This document shows, piece by piece, positions 8,993 to 18,300 of a DNA stretch of 64,000 bases; within the stretch, counting starts at the first letter, position 1, and the number at the start of each line of letters is the position of its first letter. Origin of the DNA: Acidobacteriota bacterium (GTDB lineage: Bacteria; Acidobacteriota; UBA6911); contig OY761556.1 of the NCBI GenBank assembly GCA_963664705.1, forward strand, positions 4,160,001 to 4,224,000. The letters are read 5' to 3'. The position numbers were made by a program, and so were the translations under genes. The notes below the pieces were generated by a model. That model saw nothing but the letters and a program-made list of their open reading frames with translations, had not been told where the DNA came from and made no database searches.

Positions 8993-10674
8993 GGAATTTC
9001 CACCGACTTGGTCACTGAGCCCATTTTCCCTTGGACATCCTCGCGCACGACCGCTTTGACTTTGTAGCGCCCCACCGGAAGCTTTAGTTCGACTCTTGAA
9101 CGGAGGCCTCGTTGCAGAAGATTGGCATAACTGTTTGCCTGGAGGCGGAAATCGATAACCTTTTCGAGTCCGCTGACGTAGTGATCGTATTCATCGAAGG
9201 CAACCAGAACAAGGCTCAGCTGGTTTTCCCTTCGCTGGCCTTCCTCAAGGAATCGCAAACCGTGCAGATCGACGTTTGTAATAATGGAAACCGAGTAATT
9301 GGAATCGGGCTCCTGGGAATAGTTGTAGGCAAGCGTCATCGGAATTTCTTTCATATTTCCGGGCTCACTCAAAGCTGCCAGGAGATCTTCTTTCTTCCGG
9401 TTTTCATAGGTAAGCTCCTCCCGGGGGCTGTAATAGCCCTTGCGATAACTGACCAGAAGACCCGGCCGCGCAATTTCGAGAGTGATCTTGTGATAGGAAC
9501 CATCGGCTTCATGCGGAGGGATGGAGTAGCTTAAAACATAATAGCGGGATTGATGCGTCGCAACATCTCGAAGTCCTTTGGACATGTTATTGTTGGCAAA
9601 GAAAAACTGGCCGCCTGTTTCCGAAGCGATTTTCGCAAGAACACTTTCCTGATCGATTTTGTCATCCATCTGTTGTTCGCATTGTACCCAGCTATCAACG
9701 ATTCCACTGTCGTCCGCTGAAGCTCCGCGTTTTTCGGCCCCTCGAATACTGATTGTGTTGAAGCGCGCTCCTGAGCGCAGCGCCAGATCAATGAGCTCCT
9801 GCAGTTCCTGGGCGGGCGCGGTTGAGGGCAGAGCAACAAATCCATCTGAAAAGAGGACAACCTGTTTGGCGCCGTCAAAATGACCAAAAGCCCGAAGATG
9901 CTGCTTTATTGTTTGGATCAGGCAATGAGTCCGATACTCAGCCATCGGACTTTGTATTTTGGCCATGATTCTCGTGATTATCGATGCATTCATGTACTGA
10001 GGCTCATCATGCGCAATACCCCATGCAACACGATCTGACAATGCGCGGTACTGGGATTCGATATCAACATTGCCCCATGTATCTAGTTTGAAGCGGAAGT
10101 TCCAATCAAGGCTCAGCTTTCGCAAGAGACTGTCGGCTTCTTCCAAAAGGAGCGTCTTATCATTTGAAAAAGGAAACTGTGCCTTGCGGGATCCCGACAA
10201 AATCGCGACATGATCATTCGGGCCGACATCACTGGTTATGAAATCCCTCACGGCCTTGACGATTTCCGCATAATGCAGCGGCGTATAAACAGTCAGATCA
10301 TCGATGACAATGGAGATTAATCTTGGACTTACCGTGTTCTTCTCACTTAGCGGTTTGTTGCGGCTCAAATCACGGGACAACTCCGATTCAGGGCCGCTTG
10401 TTTCTGATGATTCCAAAGCGAACGTCTGAATGGTTTGGTGTTTCCCATCATCGAAGATTCTGAATTCTTTTGAAGCCAGGTCCGTGACCGGATTCCCTTC
10501 CTTATCTGTAACGGTTGCCGCCACCAGGACAACATTCACCGGGACTCGATAGGTCGATCCGGACTTTGTTTCCTGAGCTTTCCTTTTTTGGGAAAATGAA
10601 GGAGACAGACAGAGCAAAAGCAGTACAAGAGAGATCCGGAAGCGTCGCACGAGAGCCAACATACCTACCTTCAT
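8989..10674 (-). CDS. VWA domain protein (Acidobacterial VWFA-related family)
   Basis: VNVVLVAATVTDKEGNPVTDL, FSDGF, ETGG, YYVLSY...DGSYHKI...RKGYY; 4-nt ATGA overlap with its paralogue. Confidence 0.88.
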   Translation of the reverse strand: MKVGMLALVRRFRISLVLLLLCLSPSFSQKRKAQETKSGSTYRVPVNVVLVAATVTDKEGNPVTDLASKEFRIFDDGKHQTIQTFALESSETSGPESELSRDLSRNKPLSEKNTVSPRLISIVIDDLTVYTPLHYAEIVKAVRDFITSDVGPNDHVAILSGSRKAQFPFSNDKTLLLEEADSLLRKLSLDWNFRFKLDTWGNVDIESQYRALSDRVAWGIAHDEPQYMNASIITRIMAKIQSPMAEYRTHCLIQTIKQHLRAFGHFDGAKQVVLFSDGFVALPSTAPAQELQELIDLALRSGARFNTISIRGAEKRGASADDSGIVDSWVQCEQQMDDKIDQESVLAKIASETGGQFFFANNNMSKGLRDVATHQSRYYVLSYSIPPHEADGSYHKITLEIARPGLLVSYRKGYYSPREELTYENRKKEDLLAALSEPGNMKEIPMTLAYNYSQEPDSNYSVSIITNVDLHGLRFLEEGQRRENQLSLVLVAFDEYDHYVSGLEKVIDFRLQANSYANLLQRGLRSRVELKLPVGRYKVKAVVREDVQGKMGSVTKSVEIP

Positions 10675-10954
10675 TGCTCCAGGTTATTTGGTTTTTTGAT
10701 TCTAGCTGACTATTGGATGTCCCGGCAGCGATTTATGCTCAGAGTTTGGATCAATTCCCGTTCTTTTTGCTCTATCGATCGTTGCCGGTTGTCTGATTAC
10801 GGTGTGGCGGACTGATCCAGTTCAGAGATTTCCGGCTCAGAATAGTGGCCTCCCTGTAACTTCATTGTTGATAATGTGACCAACTGCTAGTAAATAACGT
10901 CAGAATCCAGAACAAGAATCCGTGGCTCGCAACCATTTGAGGGGGGAACCCAAC

Positions 10955-11551
10955 ATGTCCAGTAATCGATCCAGAATCATCGGTTCTGCAGGAAATATTT
11001 TCGCGCTGGCCGCAATCGCGGCATGCCTGCTCATCTTTTTGACACAGCCGGTGTCGGCACAGCAGGTTACCATGCAAACTCTTCTTGATCGCGTCCAGAT
11101 CGAGGATCTCCTGACGCGCTATTACTATGATCTCTCGCGGACCAACGCTCATGAGCTTTCCCAGTACTTCACCGAAGATGCCTTGCTTGACGTTGACGGC
11201 ACCGTAGCCAAGGGCCGCGCAGAAATTGCCAAGCTCTACAAGAATCCGACCCCGGATCCGAAGGAACCGGCGCCGGTACCGGGCCGCCGCATGCACATGC
11301 TGCTCACCAACCCGATTATCGATATTAAAGGCAATTCAGCCCAGGCGCATGTGATCTGGACTGGAATAGTGGACGAGGGGATCGGCAAGCTGCCCCAGGT
11401 GGCCGAGCAGGGACGTGAAGACAGTGAACTGGTCAAACAAAATGGCAAGTGGCTCATCAAACGCCGCTATATCTCCACCGATGGCCGCATGCCGAACCGG
11501 TTTGACAAAAACTTCAAGCCTCGTGAGAACCCTTTGGAACAATCCAAGTAA
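10955..11551 (+). CDS. Secreted SnoaL-like / NTF2 family protein
   Basis: DRVQIEDLLTRYY, FTEDA, GRAEI, HMLLTN, GKWLIKRR pattern; N-terminal signal-like segment. Confidence 0.8.
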   Translation: MSSNRSRIIGSAGNIFALAAIAACLLIFLTQPVSAQQVTMQTLLDRVQIEDLLTRYYYDLSRTNAHELSQYFTEDALLDVDGTVAKGRAEIAKLYKNPTPDPKEPAPVPGRRMHMLLTNPIIDIKGNSAQAHVIWTGIVDEGIGKLPQVAEQGREDSELVKQNGKWLIKRRYISTDGRMPNRFDKNFKPRENPLEQSK

Positions 11552-11578
11552 TTAGGAGCCGGAAAGGAGTGCTGCAGT

Positions 11579-13510
11579 ATGACCAAATGGAAGGATTTAT
11601 TGGAAAAGTATGGCAAGCCAACACCTTGGCCCTATCCCATTCGCTACGATCAGGAACAGGAAATCGAAACCGATGTACTGATTATCGGTGGAGGCATCGC
11701 CGGGTGCTGGGCTGCTATCAGCGCCGCCAGGACCGGTGTAAAGGTGGCCCTGGTGGAGAAGGCGGATACCATCAGGAGCGGGGCGGGAGGCCCGGGCTGC
11801 GACCACTGGTGCGTCACGCCGGCCAATCCTCATTCCAAGGTCGATCCCGACGACTGGGCGAAGCGGCTGGTGGAGCATCCGGTTCATGCCGGCGATCCGC
11901 CGACCGACGCGCTCCCCGTTTCCTACGCCAATGGCATCGGAACGCAGATTCAATGCCGTGAGGACTGGGATACGCTGCTTGAAATGGAACAGATGGGCGG
12001 CAAGATCCGGGACACCAACGACGAATACCTGGGCGCCGAGGGCCGCTACGACGACAAGATAATGTTTTCGCCGCGGATGAGCCCCAATCATGCCACCGAA
12101 GTGACGGTCCGGGTCTGGGGAACGACATTTAAGCCCGCTTTGAAGAAAGAGTGCCAGCGACTGGGCGTAAAAATTTATGACCGCGTCATGGTTACCAGCC
12201 TGCTGACCGATGGAGGGGTCCAAGGAGCCAGAGTCATCGGAGCGACGGGATTTAACAACCGTACCGGTGAGTTCATGATTTTCAAGTCAAAGGCTGCGAT
12301 TCTGTCCAGCGCAGGCAGCAATTCCCTCGGATTTCTGAATACCGAACTCGCCGGCTACAATACATTCCCCGGCTCCCGAACCAAGACCGGAGACGGCATG
12401 GCAATGGCATGGAAGGCCGGCGCCGAGCTTACCCTGATGGAACAGACCATGCCGCACGGGCTCGGCACAGGGCTCAAGCACACCTGGTACGGCGGGGCCA
12501 GCGATGCCAGCTTCGAGAATATCCAGCAGGTCGATGCCAACGGTAAAAAATTGCCCTGGCCCTTGCAGGGATGGCCCGATGGCGGCGCGATGCGACCTTC
12601 TCCGGAAAACTGGCAGAAAATTATCAAGGGTGTCCAGGATGGGACTTATGCCCTGCCCTTTTTCGGCGACTTCCCTGCCATGTCCGAGGTCGAGCGCCGC
12701 GTCACATGGAAACTGATGCTGGACGAGGAATCCTGCACGCGGAACATCATCAATTCCTATGAAAGAGGCGGCTTCGATCCCGCCAAACATCTGTTGATGA
12801 ACTACAACCTGATTGAAGGAACCAGCCCATCCAACTGGCTGTCCGCGGGCCGCGGCGGCCCCGTGGTCGATTGGGACCTGAAATCAAGCCTCGATGGCCT
12901 GTACATTGCCGGCGAGTCCATGTTCTCCGCGGGTGACCACAGCTATGCCGCTTCGACGGGACGCTATGCCGGCAGAAAAGCCGCTGCCTACGTCAGGGAA
13001 ATAGCCGCAGGCAACATATCCCGAGACCAGATCGCTTTGGAAAAGGCCCGCGTCTACGCCCCGATAAACCGCGACGACGGCATCGACTGGAAGGAACTGC
13101 ACGCCGGTATTGCGCGCACCCTGCAGTACTGGTGCAGTGAATACAAGACGGAATCCATGATGAACATCGGGCTGGATTCTCTGAAAGAAATAAGGGAAGT
13201 TTTTGTGCCCAGGTTGTATGCCCTCGATCCGCATAAACTCATGCGCAGCATCGAAGACCTGAGCCTGCTGACCCATGCGGAAATTGTCATCCATGCATCG
13301 CTGGCTCGCAAAGCCAGCAGCCGCGCATTGCCCTTCTTCAGAATCGATTATCCCGATATAGACCCGCCGGAGTGGAACAAGTTCGTTACCGTCAAGCTGG
13401 AGAACAACCAGGTTAAGACGGGCTCACTCCCCTTGAACTACTGGGGCAATCTGAAAGCGAACTATGAAGCCAACAACAAGGACTACACCGGAGTCTATAA
13501 AAGAAAATAG
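11579..13510 (+). CDS. FAD-dependent oxidoreductase, AprA/SdhA flavoprotein superfamily
   Basis: DVLIIGGGIAG, TGDGMAMAWKAGA, GLYIAGE, C-terminal ASLARKASS...RIDYP. Confidence 0.85.
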   Translation: MTKWKDLLEKYGKPTPWPYPIRYDQEQEIETDVLIIGGGIAGCWAAISAARTGVKVALVEKADTIRSGAGGPGCDHWCVTPANPHSKVDPDDWAKRLVEHPVHAGDPPTDALPVSYANGIGTQIQCREDWDTLLEMEQMGGKIRDTNDEYLGAEGRYDDKIMFSPRMSPNHATEVTVRVWGTTFKPALKKECQRLGVKIYDRVMVTSLLTDGGVQGARVIGATGFNNRTGEFMIFKSKAAILSSAGSNSLGFLNTELAGYNTFPGSRTKTGDGMAMAWKAGAELTLMEQTMPHGLGTGLKHTWYGGASDASFENIQQVDANGKKLPWPLQGWPDGGAMRPSPENWQKIIKGVQDGTYALPFFGDFPAMSEVERRVTWKLMLDEESCTRNIINSYERGGFDPAKHLLMNYNLIEGTSPSNWLSAGRGGPVVDWDLKSSLDGLYIAGESMFSAGDHSYAASTGRYAGRKAAAYVREIAAGNISRDQIALEKARVYAPINRDDGIDWKELHAGIARTLQYWCSEYKTESMMNIGLDSLKEIREVFVPRLYALDPHKLMRSIEDLSLLTHAEIVIHASLARKASSRALPFFRIDYPDIDPPEWNKFVTVKLENNQVKTGSLPLNYWGNLKANYEANNKDYTGVYKRK

Positions 13511-13521
13511 GGAGAATTGTT

Positions 13522-13821
13522 ATGCCTCGTAAAGAAACTTTTGCATTACCCAACATCATCAGCCCGGGAAATCCGGTGATTTTCAATCCTGATGCCTGTA
13601 CCGGCTGCAACCACTGCGTGGAAGTCTGCCAGGTGGACGTCTTCATTCCTAACCCGGAAGACAAGATGCCTCCAGTCGTCCTGCACCCCGATGAGTGCTG
13701 GTACTGCGGCTGCTGCGCCACTGATTGCCCCAACCAGGCCATTACATTCAACTGGCCGCTTCAGCAGCGGGCTTATTGGAAAGATAAAGCTACAGGAAAG
13801 GTCCTCCGGGATCACCAGTAA
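13522..13821 (+). CDS. 2x[4Fe-4S] ferredoxin, AprB-like
   Basis: CTGCNHCVEVC and ECWYCGCCATDCP; 11 nt after the flavoprotein gene. Confidence 0.88.
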   Translation: MPRKETFALPNIISPGNPVIFNPDACTGCNHCVEVCQVDVFIPNPEDKMPPVVLHPDECWYCGCCATDCPNQAITFNWPLQQRAYWKDKATGKVLRDHQ

Positions 13822-13843
13822 TCCAACTGAGCCGGCGAACAAG

Positions 13844-13899
13844 GAGACAGGAAGAAGACAGGAGTGAAAATCTGCTCGCCCCCATCTTCTTCCTGTCTC
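13844..13899. terminator. 15-bp perfect inverted repeat after the ferredoxin gene (terminator or stabiliser hairpin)
   Basis: GAGACAGGAAGAAGA (13844-13858) / TCTTCTTCCTGTCTC (13885-13899); no U-tract. Confidence 0.5.
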
Positions 13900-13979
13900 G
13901 GTCAAATCATGCCAGCGGCGGTATGATGATAGAACATCCCCCTTGCCATTATTGCGGGAAGAAACCTATGAGAAATAGT

Positions 13980-15413
13980 ATGAAAAGTCATTTTTGGGGC
14001 GCCACGGGGCTGGCATGTCTATTGGCGGCGAGAGCAGTTGCCGCTTCCGAACCGGTTTGGCCGCAGTTTCGAGGGCCGGAAGCAAATCCGGTCAGCAAGG
14101 AAGCACGGCTGGCGGACAACTGGGGGAAGACGAAAAACATTGACTGGGCAGCGGAGATTCCCGGGCGTGGATGGTCGTCGCCCATCGTTGCAGGCGAAAG
14201 AGTCTTTGTTACAACCGCAATTACGGAAGGCACATCGAAACCGCCGCAGATCGGAACGGAATATAGCAACGAGTATGCGGCTGAATTGGAGAAGCAGGGG
14301 CTCACAGAAGCGCAGGTCCTCGAGAAATTGACGGCCCGGGATATTGAACTCCCCAAGGAAGTAGTGCTGCACTATTTTCTATATTGCCTGAACTTGAAGT
14401 CAGGGAAAGTGGAGTGGAAACAGGAATTTCATACGGGAAGGCCACCGGGCGGAAGACACCGCAAAAACAGCTTCGTCTCGGAAACACCGGTAACGGATGG
14501 CAAAGCAGTTTATGTCTATGTTGCAAACCTCGGGCTATACGCATTTGATTTGAAGGGAAAAAGCCTGTGGAAGGCCCCGCAGGAGGCGCTGCCAATCTAT
14601 CTGGATTTCGGAACAGGAAGTTCTCCAGTACTGGCGGGGAATCTGGTGGTCATCGTCAACGACAATGAAAAACAGCCCTTCATCGCAGCCTACGACAAGA
14701 AGACAGGCAAGGAAGTCTGGAAAAAGAACAGGGATGTGAGAGCGAAAGGACCCACGCCGGCGCGTTCGGGGTGGGTGACGCCCTATGTATGGCGGCATGC
14801 TGACCGGACCGAAATAGTCACCGTGGGACCGAGCAAAGCGATCAGCTACGATCTGACGGGGAAGGAGTTGTGGATACTGACCGGAATGTCGGGAGGGCCC
14901 ATCCCTATGCCGTACGCTTACGACGGCCTGCTGTATCTGAACGGGGGGCGGGAACGGCCCCTGTTTGCGATTCGTCCGGGAGCGGATGGCGACATATCGT
15001 TGAAAGAGGGGGAGCGAGCAAACAAATATGTGGTTTGGTCCGAGCCGCGCGGTGGAACGTACCTGCCTACGGCTGTGGCTTATGAAGGCGCGCTTTACTC
15101 GATAACCGAAACCGGAATTCTGAGCCGGTATGAAGCAAAAACCGGAAAAACAACCTACCGAACACGGATTGATCCGGCGGCAACAGCGTTCACCGCTTCG
15201 CCTTGGGCTTATAACGGCAAGATCTTTTTCCTGGACGAAGAGGGGCAGACTTACGTGGTGGCCGCAGGAGATAAGTTTGAGTTAAAGCAAACGAATCTGC
15301 TGGAAGATATGGCACTGGCAACACCGGCAATCGCCGGGGATCGGCTGCTGCTGCGAACCGAGCACCGGCTGTATTCGATTCGCCAGGCAACTTCGGGGAC
15401 TCCGGGCAAATAA
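13980..15413 (+). CDS. PQQ-binding-like beta-propeller repeat protein (secreted)
   Basis: WPQFRGP, GWSSPIV, TPVTDG, ATPAIAG..LLLRT motifs; the start could instead be 13968. Confidence 0.88.
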   Translation: MKSHFWGATGLACLLAARAVAASEPVWPQFRGPEANPVSKEARLADNWGKTKNIDWAAEIPGRGWSSPIVAGERVFVTTAITEGTSKPPQIGTEYSNEYAAELEKQGLTEAQVLEKLTARDIELPKEVVLHYFLYCLNLKSGKVEWKQEFHTGRPPGGRHRKNSFVSETPVTDGKAVYVYVANLGLYAFDLKGKSLWKAPQEALPIYLDFGTGSSPVLAGNLVVIVNDNEKQPFIAAYDKKTGKEVWKKNRDVRAKGPTPARSGWVTPYVWRHADRTEIVTVGPSKAISYDLTGKELWILTGMSGGPIPMPYAYDGLLYLNGGRERPLFAIRPGADGDISLKEGERANKYVVWSEPRGGTYLPTAVAYEGALYSITETGILSRYEAKTGKTTYRTRIDPAATAFTASPWAYNGKIFFLDEEGQTYVVAAGDKFELKQTNLLEDMALATPAIAGDRLLLRTEHRLYSIRQATSGTPGK

Positions 15414-15475
15414 GTCCTCCTCGCACGGGAGCGCTGGCGTCGCGCCCAATGTCATTTACTTTTTTTCGGACATTT

Positions 15476-15544
15476 TTCTTTCGCCCTTCGGGGCTTGTTA
15501 CGGGTCTATTCCAATCCAGGGTTCGCTTCGCTTCACCCCTGGCT
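15476..15544 (+). repeat. REP-like palindromic repeat, left part (interrupted by the IS)
   Basis: TCTTTCGCCCTTCGGGGCT...CCAGGGTTCGCTTCGCTTCACCCCTGGCT matches the intact inverted copy at 17267-17362. Confidence 0.75.
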
Positions 15545-15562
15545 GATATGGAGTGATCGGTC

Positions 15563-15890
15563 AAGTACAATCAATCCGTTCCTTGTTCGTTCATTTTGGT
15601 TTTCTTCGGTTCATAAATAAATCAGCCAGTAAAAAGAACAGGGGATCGAGTTGGCAACAGCGACGATAATCAATCTGATATTCGCGGGTCGATAAGCACG
15701 CATGACAACTGATTCATCGGGAGCGGCCTCACTCTACTTCCGTGGATTCTGGTTTCCCATACCAACATAGCCAGGTCGAGGTTTCTCCTTTCGAAGCCTG
15801 GAACTCGATCTCCTGTTCCGTTCACTAACCGAATGTTTCCGTTATTAATCCATTGAAGAACAAAATAGCTGCAAGAGCTGGTGCCTTATG
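15563..15890 (-). ncRNA. Putative bridge/seek RNA in the 3' non-coding end of the IS (exact ends unknown)
   Basis: Target guides CCTGGCTA (15775-15768) and AAGTAG (15739-15734) sit in an internal loop closed by CCTC/GAGG. Donor guides TGTC (15707-15704) and ATATCAGA (15681-15674) sit in a second loop. Confidence 0.75.
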
Positions 15891-16985
15891 TCATGCAACA
15901 CGACCGATAGCCCAGATAAATCCTGCCAATTCTCGACTTACCGCAACCGCGATCTTTTGTCTTTCTTTCCCTCGGTTGAGCATGCGTCGGAATTTTTGAT
16001 TCAATCGCTTATCGCAACGTTGTGCAATCTCGATAACTTCTGCCGGCAAACACTCTCGTCGTTTCTTGAGAGTTTTGCCAGCTACTGAAGAATGACGGTA
16101 GTGCCAGGCGCTTTCGATCAGCACCCTACGTAGGTGGCTGTTTCCCGTTTTGGTTATCCTTCCCCGTCTTTCAAGTTCACCTGAGCTGCTTTCCGAAGGC
16201 ACCACCCCAATAGCGGCCATAAACGAAGGCGCATCGACGAACCGTCTTAAATCGAGCGCTTCTGCGATAATCGTCATCGCCGTCAGAACCTGAACACCTT
16301 TTAGCGCCATCAAATAGCTGACTCGCTTTTGATAGTTCGGCTGTTTTGCAACTTCCTCGATTTTTCCCTGGAATGTTTTCAACCGCTCCGTCTGTTGCTC
16401 AAGCGCCTGTCGATATTCCTCCAGTACTGTTTGATCCCCATCATCCTCAAACACAAGGCTCTTAATCCACTTTAGGTGCCCAAGCGACCAGTTCTTGCCC
16501 TGCGGATATTTCAATCCACGTCGCATCAGAAACCGTGCTAATCGATGCCGTGCTCGCTGCTGGTCTTCCAATGCGTCTTCTCGCGCACGCACCAGATCTC
16601 GCAGACTTTCCTGTTCTTTTTGCGGGATCACAATACATGTTAGTTCTCCCGCTCGGTACAATTTGCCCAAGGCTTTCGCATCCAGCTTATCCGTTTTTAC
16701 TTTTTTCCCCGCTCGTCTCGGAGTCAACGAAGGGGCCGCAACCTCACAAGAAATCCCATGTTTGGCCAAATAGCGCTGCAAATAGTATCCATTAACGCCC
16801 GCTTCGTAGACGCACCGTACGTCATCTTCAAATGCCCTTAGCTTTTTCGCTAACCGACCCAGCCCCGTACTGTCGTTTGATACAACAAGTTCTTCTCGAG
16901 GGTTACTTTCCTGCCCGCGAAAAATTGCGACGTTTATCTTTTTTGCTGAATCATCCATCCCTACCCAAGTGATACAATCTGCCAT
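15891..16985 (-). CDS. IS110 family DEDD recombinase/transposase
   Basis: VGMDDS, VYEAG and KTDKLDA (DEDD); SESSSG catalytic-Ser loop; ITKTGNSHLR; RBS GAGGAG. Confidence 0.95.
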   Translation of the reverse strand: MADCITWVGMDDSAKKINVAIFRGQESNPREELVVSNDSTGLGRLAKKLRAFEDDVRCVYEAGVNGYYLQRYLAKHGISCEVAAPSLTPRRAGKKVKTDKLDAKALGKLYRAGELTCIVIPQKEQESLRDLVRAREDALEDQQRARHRLARFLMRRGLKYPQGKNWSLGHLKWIKSLVFEDDGDQTVLEEYRQALEQQTERLKTFQGKIEEVAKQPNYQKRVSYLMALKGVQVLTAMTIIAEALDLRRFVDAPSFMAAIGVVPSESSSGELERRGRITKTGNSHLRRVLIESAWHYRHSSVAGKTLKKRRECLPAEVIEIAQRCDKRLNQKFRRMLNRGKERQKIAVAVSRELAGFIWAIGRVA

Positions 16986-17084
16986 GATCGGTCTCCTCAT
17001 GTTTTATGGCTCTGCAGCTTCGTCACCACGACTTCAGCTGTAACCCACGATATTACATGCTAGAGACCGATCACTCCATTATGT

Positions 17085-17109
17085 CTACTTGCTTTCGGCC
17101 CTCCGGGGG
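17085..17109 (+). repeat. REP-like repeat, right part after the IS
   Basis: CTACTTGCTTTCGGCCCTCCGGGGG corresponds to CTACAATCTGCCGCGCCTCCGGCGC of the intact copy. Confidence 0.65.
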
Positions 17110-17266
17110 TGGTGCCTCGCTCGCGTCGCAGAGCTCAGAACAATTATGCGCAGCAGTGCAGCACAATCCGCACCCGGAGCCCTCAACGGTTACGACCCTT
17201 TTGGGAAATGCGCGCTGGAAGCACCACCGTCCCGGCTGATGCTGCATACCATTTTGCAATCAAATC

Positions 17267-17362
17267 AGCGCCGGAGGCGCGGCAGATTGTAGCCAGGGGT
17301 GAGCGCAGCGAACCCCTGGAATAAGATCAGGAAAGACGGAGCCCCGGGCAGGGGCGAAAGAA
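17267..17362 (-). repeat. Intact REP-like palindromic repeat (inverted second copy)
   Basis: Minus strand reads TCTTTCGCCCCTGCCCGGGGCT...CCAGGGGTTCGCTGCGCTCACCCCTGGCTACAATCTGCCGCGCCTCCGGCGCT. Confidence 0.75.
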
Positions 17363-17455
17363 CGGCAATGGCAACTAAGTTCATGGCATTGGGCATGGCG
17401 TTGCGGGCTTAGAGGTGTTTTCAATTCCGTTAAGGTAATGTATAAATAGTCGCGT

Positions 17456-17764
17456 ATGCATACAGACTTCAGATGGGGTTTTATCTTCCTGACCGGCAAA
17501 TCAGACCTGTCCCACGAGGAAAGGCACAAAGTCGTCAGCATTGCCGCAGACATGTATTTTGGCGGGGCAAAGGAACGGCAGATCTCCCTTGATGGATATC
17601 GCGGACTGATCTCTACCAAAGGCGAATGGTCGGCTCTCGGCTGTTTTTCCGGCCAGGTGTTTTATGCCGAAATCTGGCCTGAAGACGGCGCCGAGAAAAC
17701 AAACCTGAGCTTTCTCATCAGCGAACAGACGTATGGAACCGGAAGCACCTATTCCATGAACTGA
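17456..17764 (+). CDS. Hypothetical protein
   Basis: 102-aa ORF with protein-like composition in otherwise unoccupied space. Confidence 0.55.
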   Translation: MHTDFRWGFIFLTGKSDLSHEERHKVVSIAADMYFGGAKERQISLDGYRGLISTKGEWSALGCFSGQVFYAEIWPEDGAEKTNLSFLISEQTYGTGSTYSMN

Positions 17765-17829
17765 GCACTCGGTAATATTTCTCAACCGAACCGGGAATCT
17801 CAACGTAAAACTTACAAGCAACTATTCAC

Positions 17830-18192
17830 ATGGAGAAAGCCATGAAAGGAAAAGCTACGCCTGTGTTCCTTGTTCTTTCTACGGTCTTAGCCCTGTCCTT
17901 ATATGTTTCCGCGCAGGTTCAACAGAATACCGACACGCAGCAGTACCGAAAGGCACGAGAAGCCTATGAAAAGCTCCTGGCCAGCTATTCCTCCGGGGAT
18001 GGCCCTTATGCTCCAGGAAAAGGAGCCAAAGCCCCCGTTTCCCTCTGCGTGGGGCCGGTCATGGCAACCGATGGAACACCAAAGTGCCTGTATCAAGCAC
18101 TCCCTGCGTCGGGAAAACTGCGGATTGAAATGCTGAATGGCTCTGTTCAGGAGATATTCGTGAACCAGATCAAGCAGATTACGGTGGAGTAA
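17830..18192 (+). CDS. Secreted hypothetical protein
   Basis: Signal peptide (VFLVLSTVLALSLYVSA); the start may be 17842. Confidence 0.65.
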   Translation: MEKAMKGKATPVFLVLSTVLALSLYVSAQVQQNTDTQQYRKAREAYEKLLASYSSGDGPYAPGKGAKAPVSLCVGPVMATDGTPKCLYQALPASGKLRIEMLNGSVQEIFVNQIKQITVE

Positions 18193-18300
18193 TGAGGGCA
18201 AACGGAGCCAAGCCCGGGCTGACTCCCCGATCCCGGATACAACCTGCCGCGGACGCGCGCGGATTGGATCTCCAACCCGCACACATCAACGGTTTTTATT

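Larger units (their letters stand above)
15545..17086 (-). mobile_element. IS110 family, IS1111-type insertion sequence (complete)
   Basis: 15-bp perfect sub-terminal IRs: ATGGAGTGATCGGTC (15548-15562) and its reverse complement (17065-17079), lying 3 and 7 nt from the ends. CT core at 15543-44 and 17085-86. Removing the element restores ...CACCCCTGG-CT-ACTTGC... Confidence 0.9.

Noticed and set aside
11579-13821. Calling the pair aprAB (sulfate reduction)
   Set aside because: Only fold-level similarity, and no sat/qmo/dsr context.
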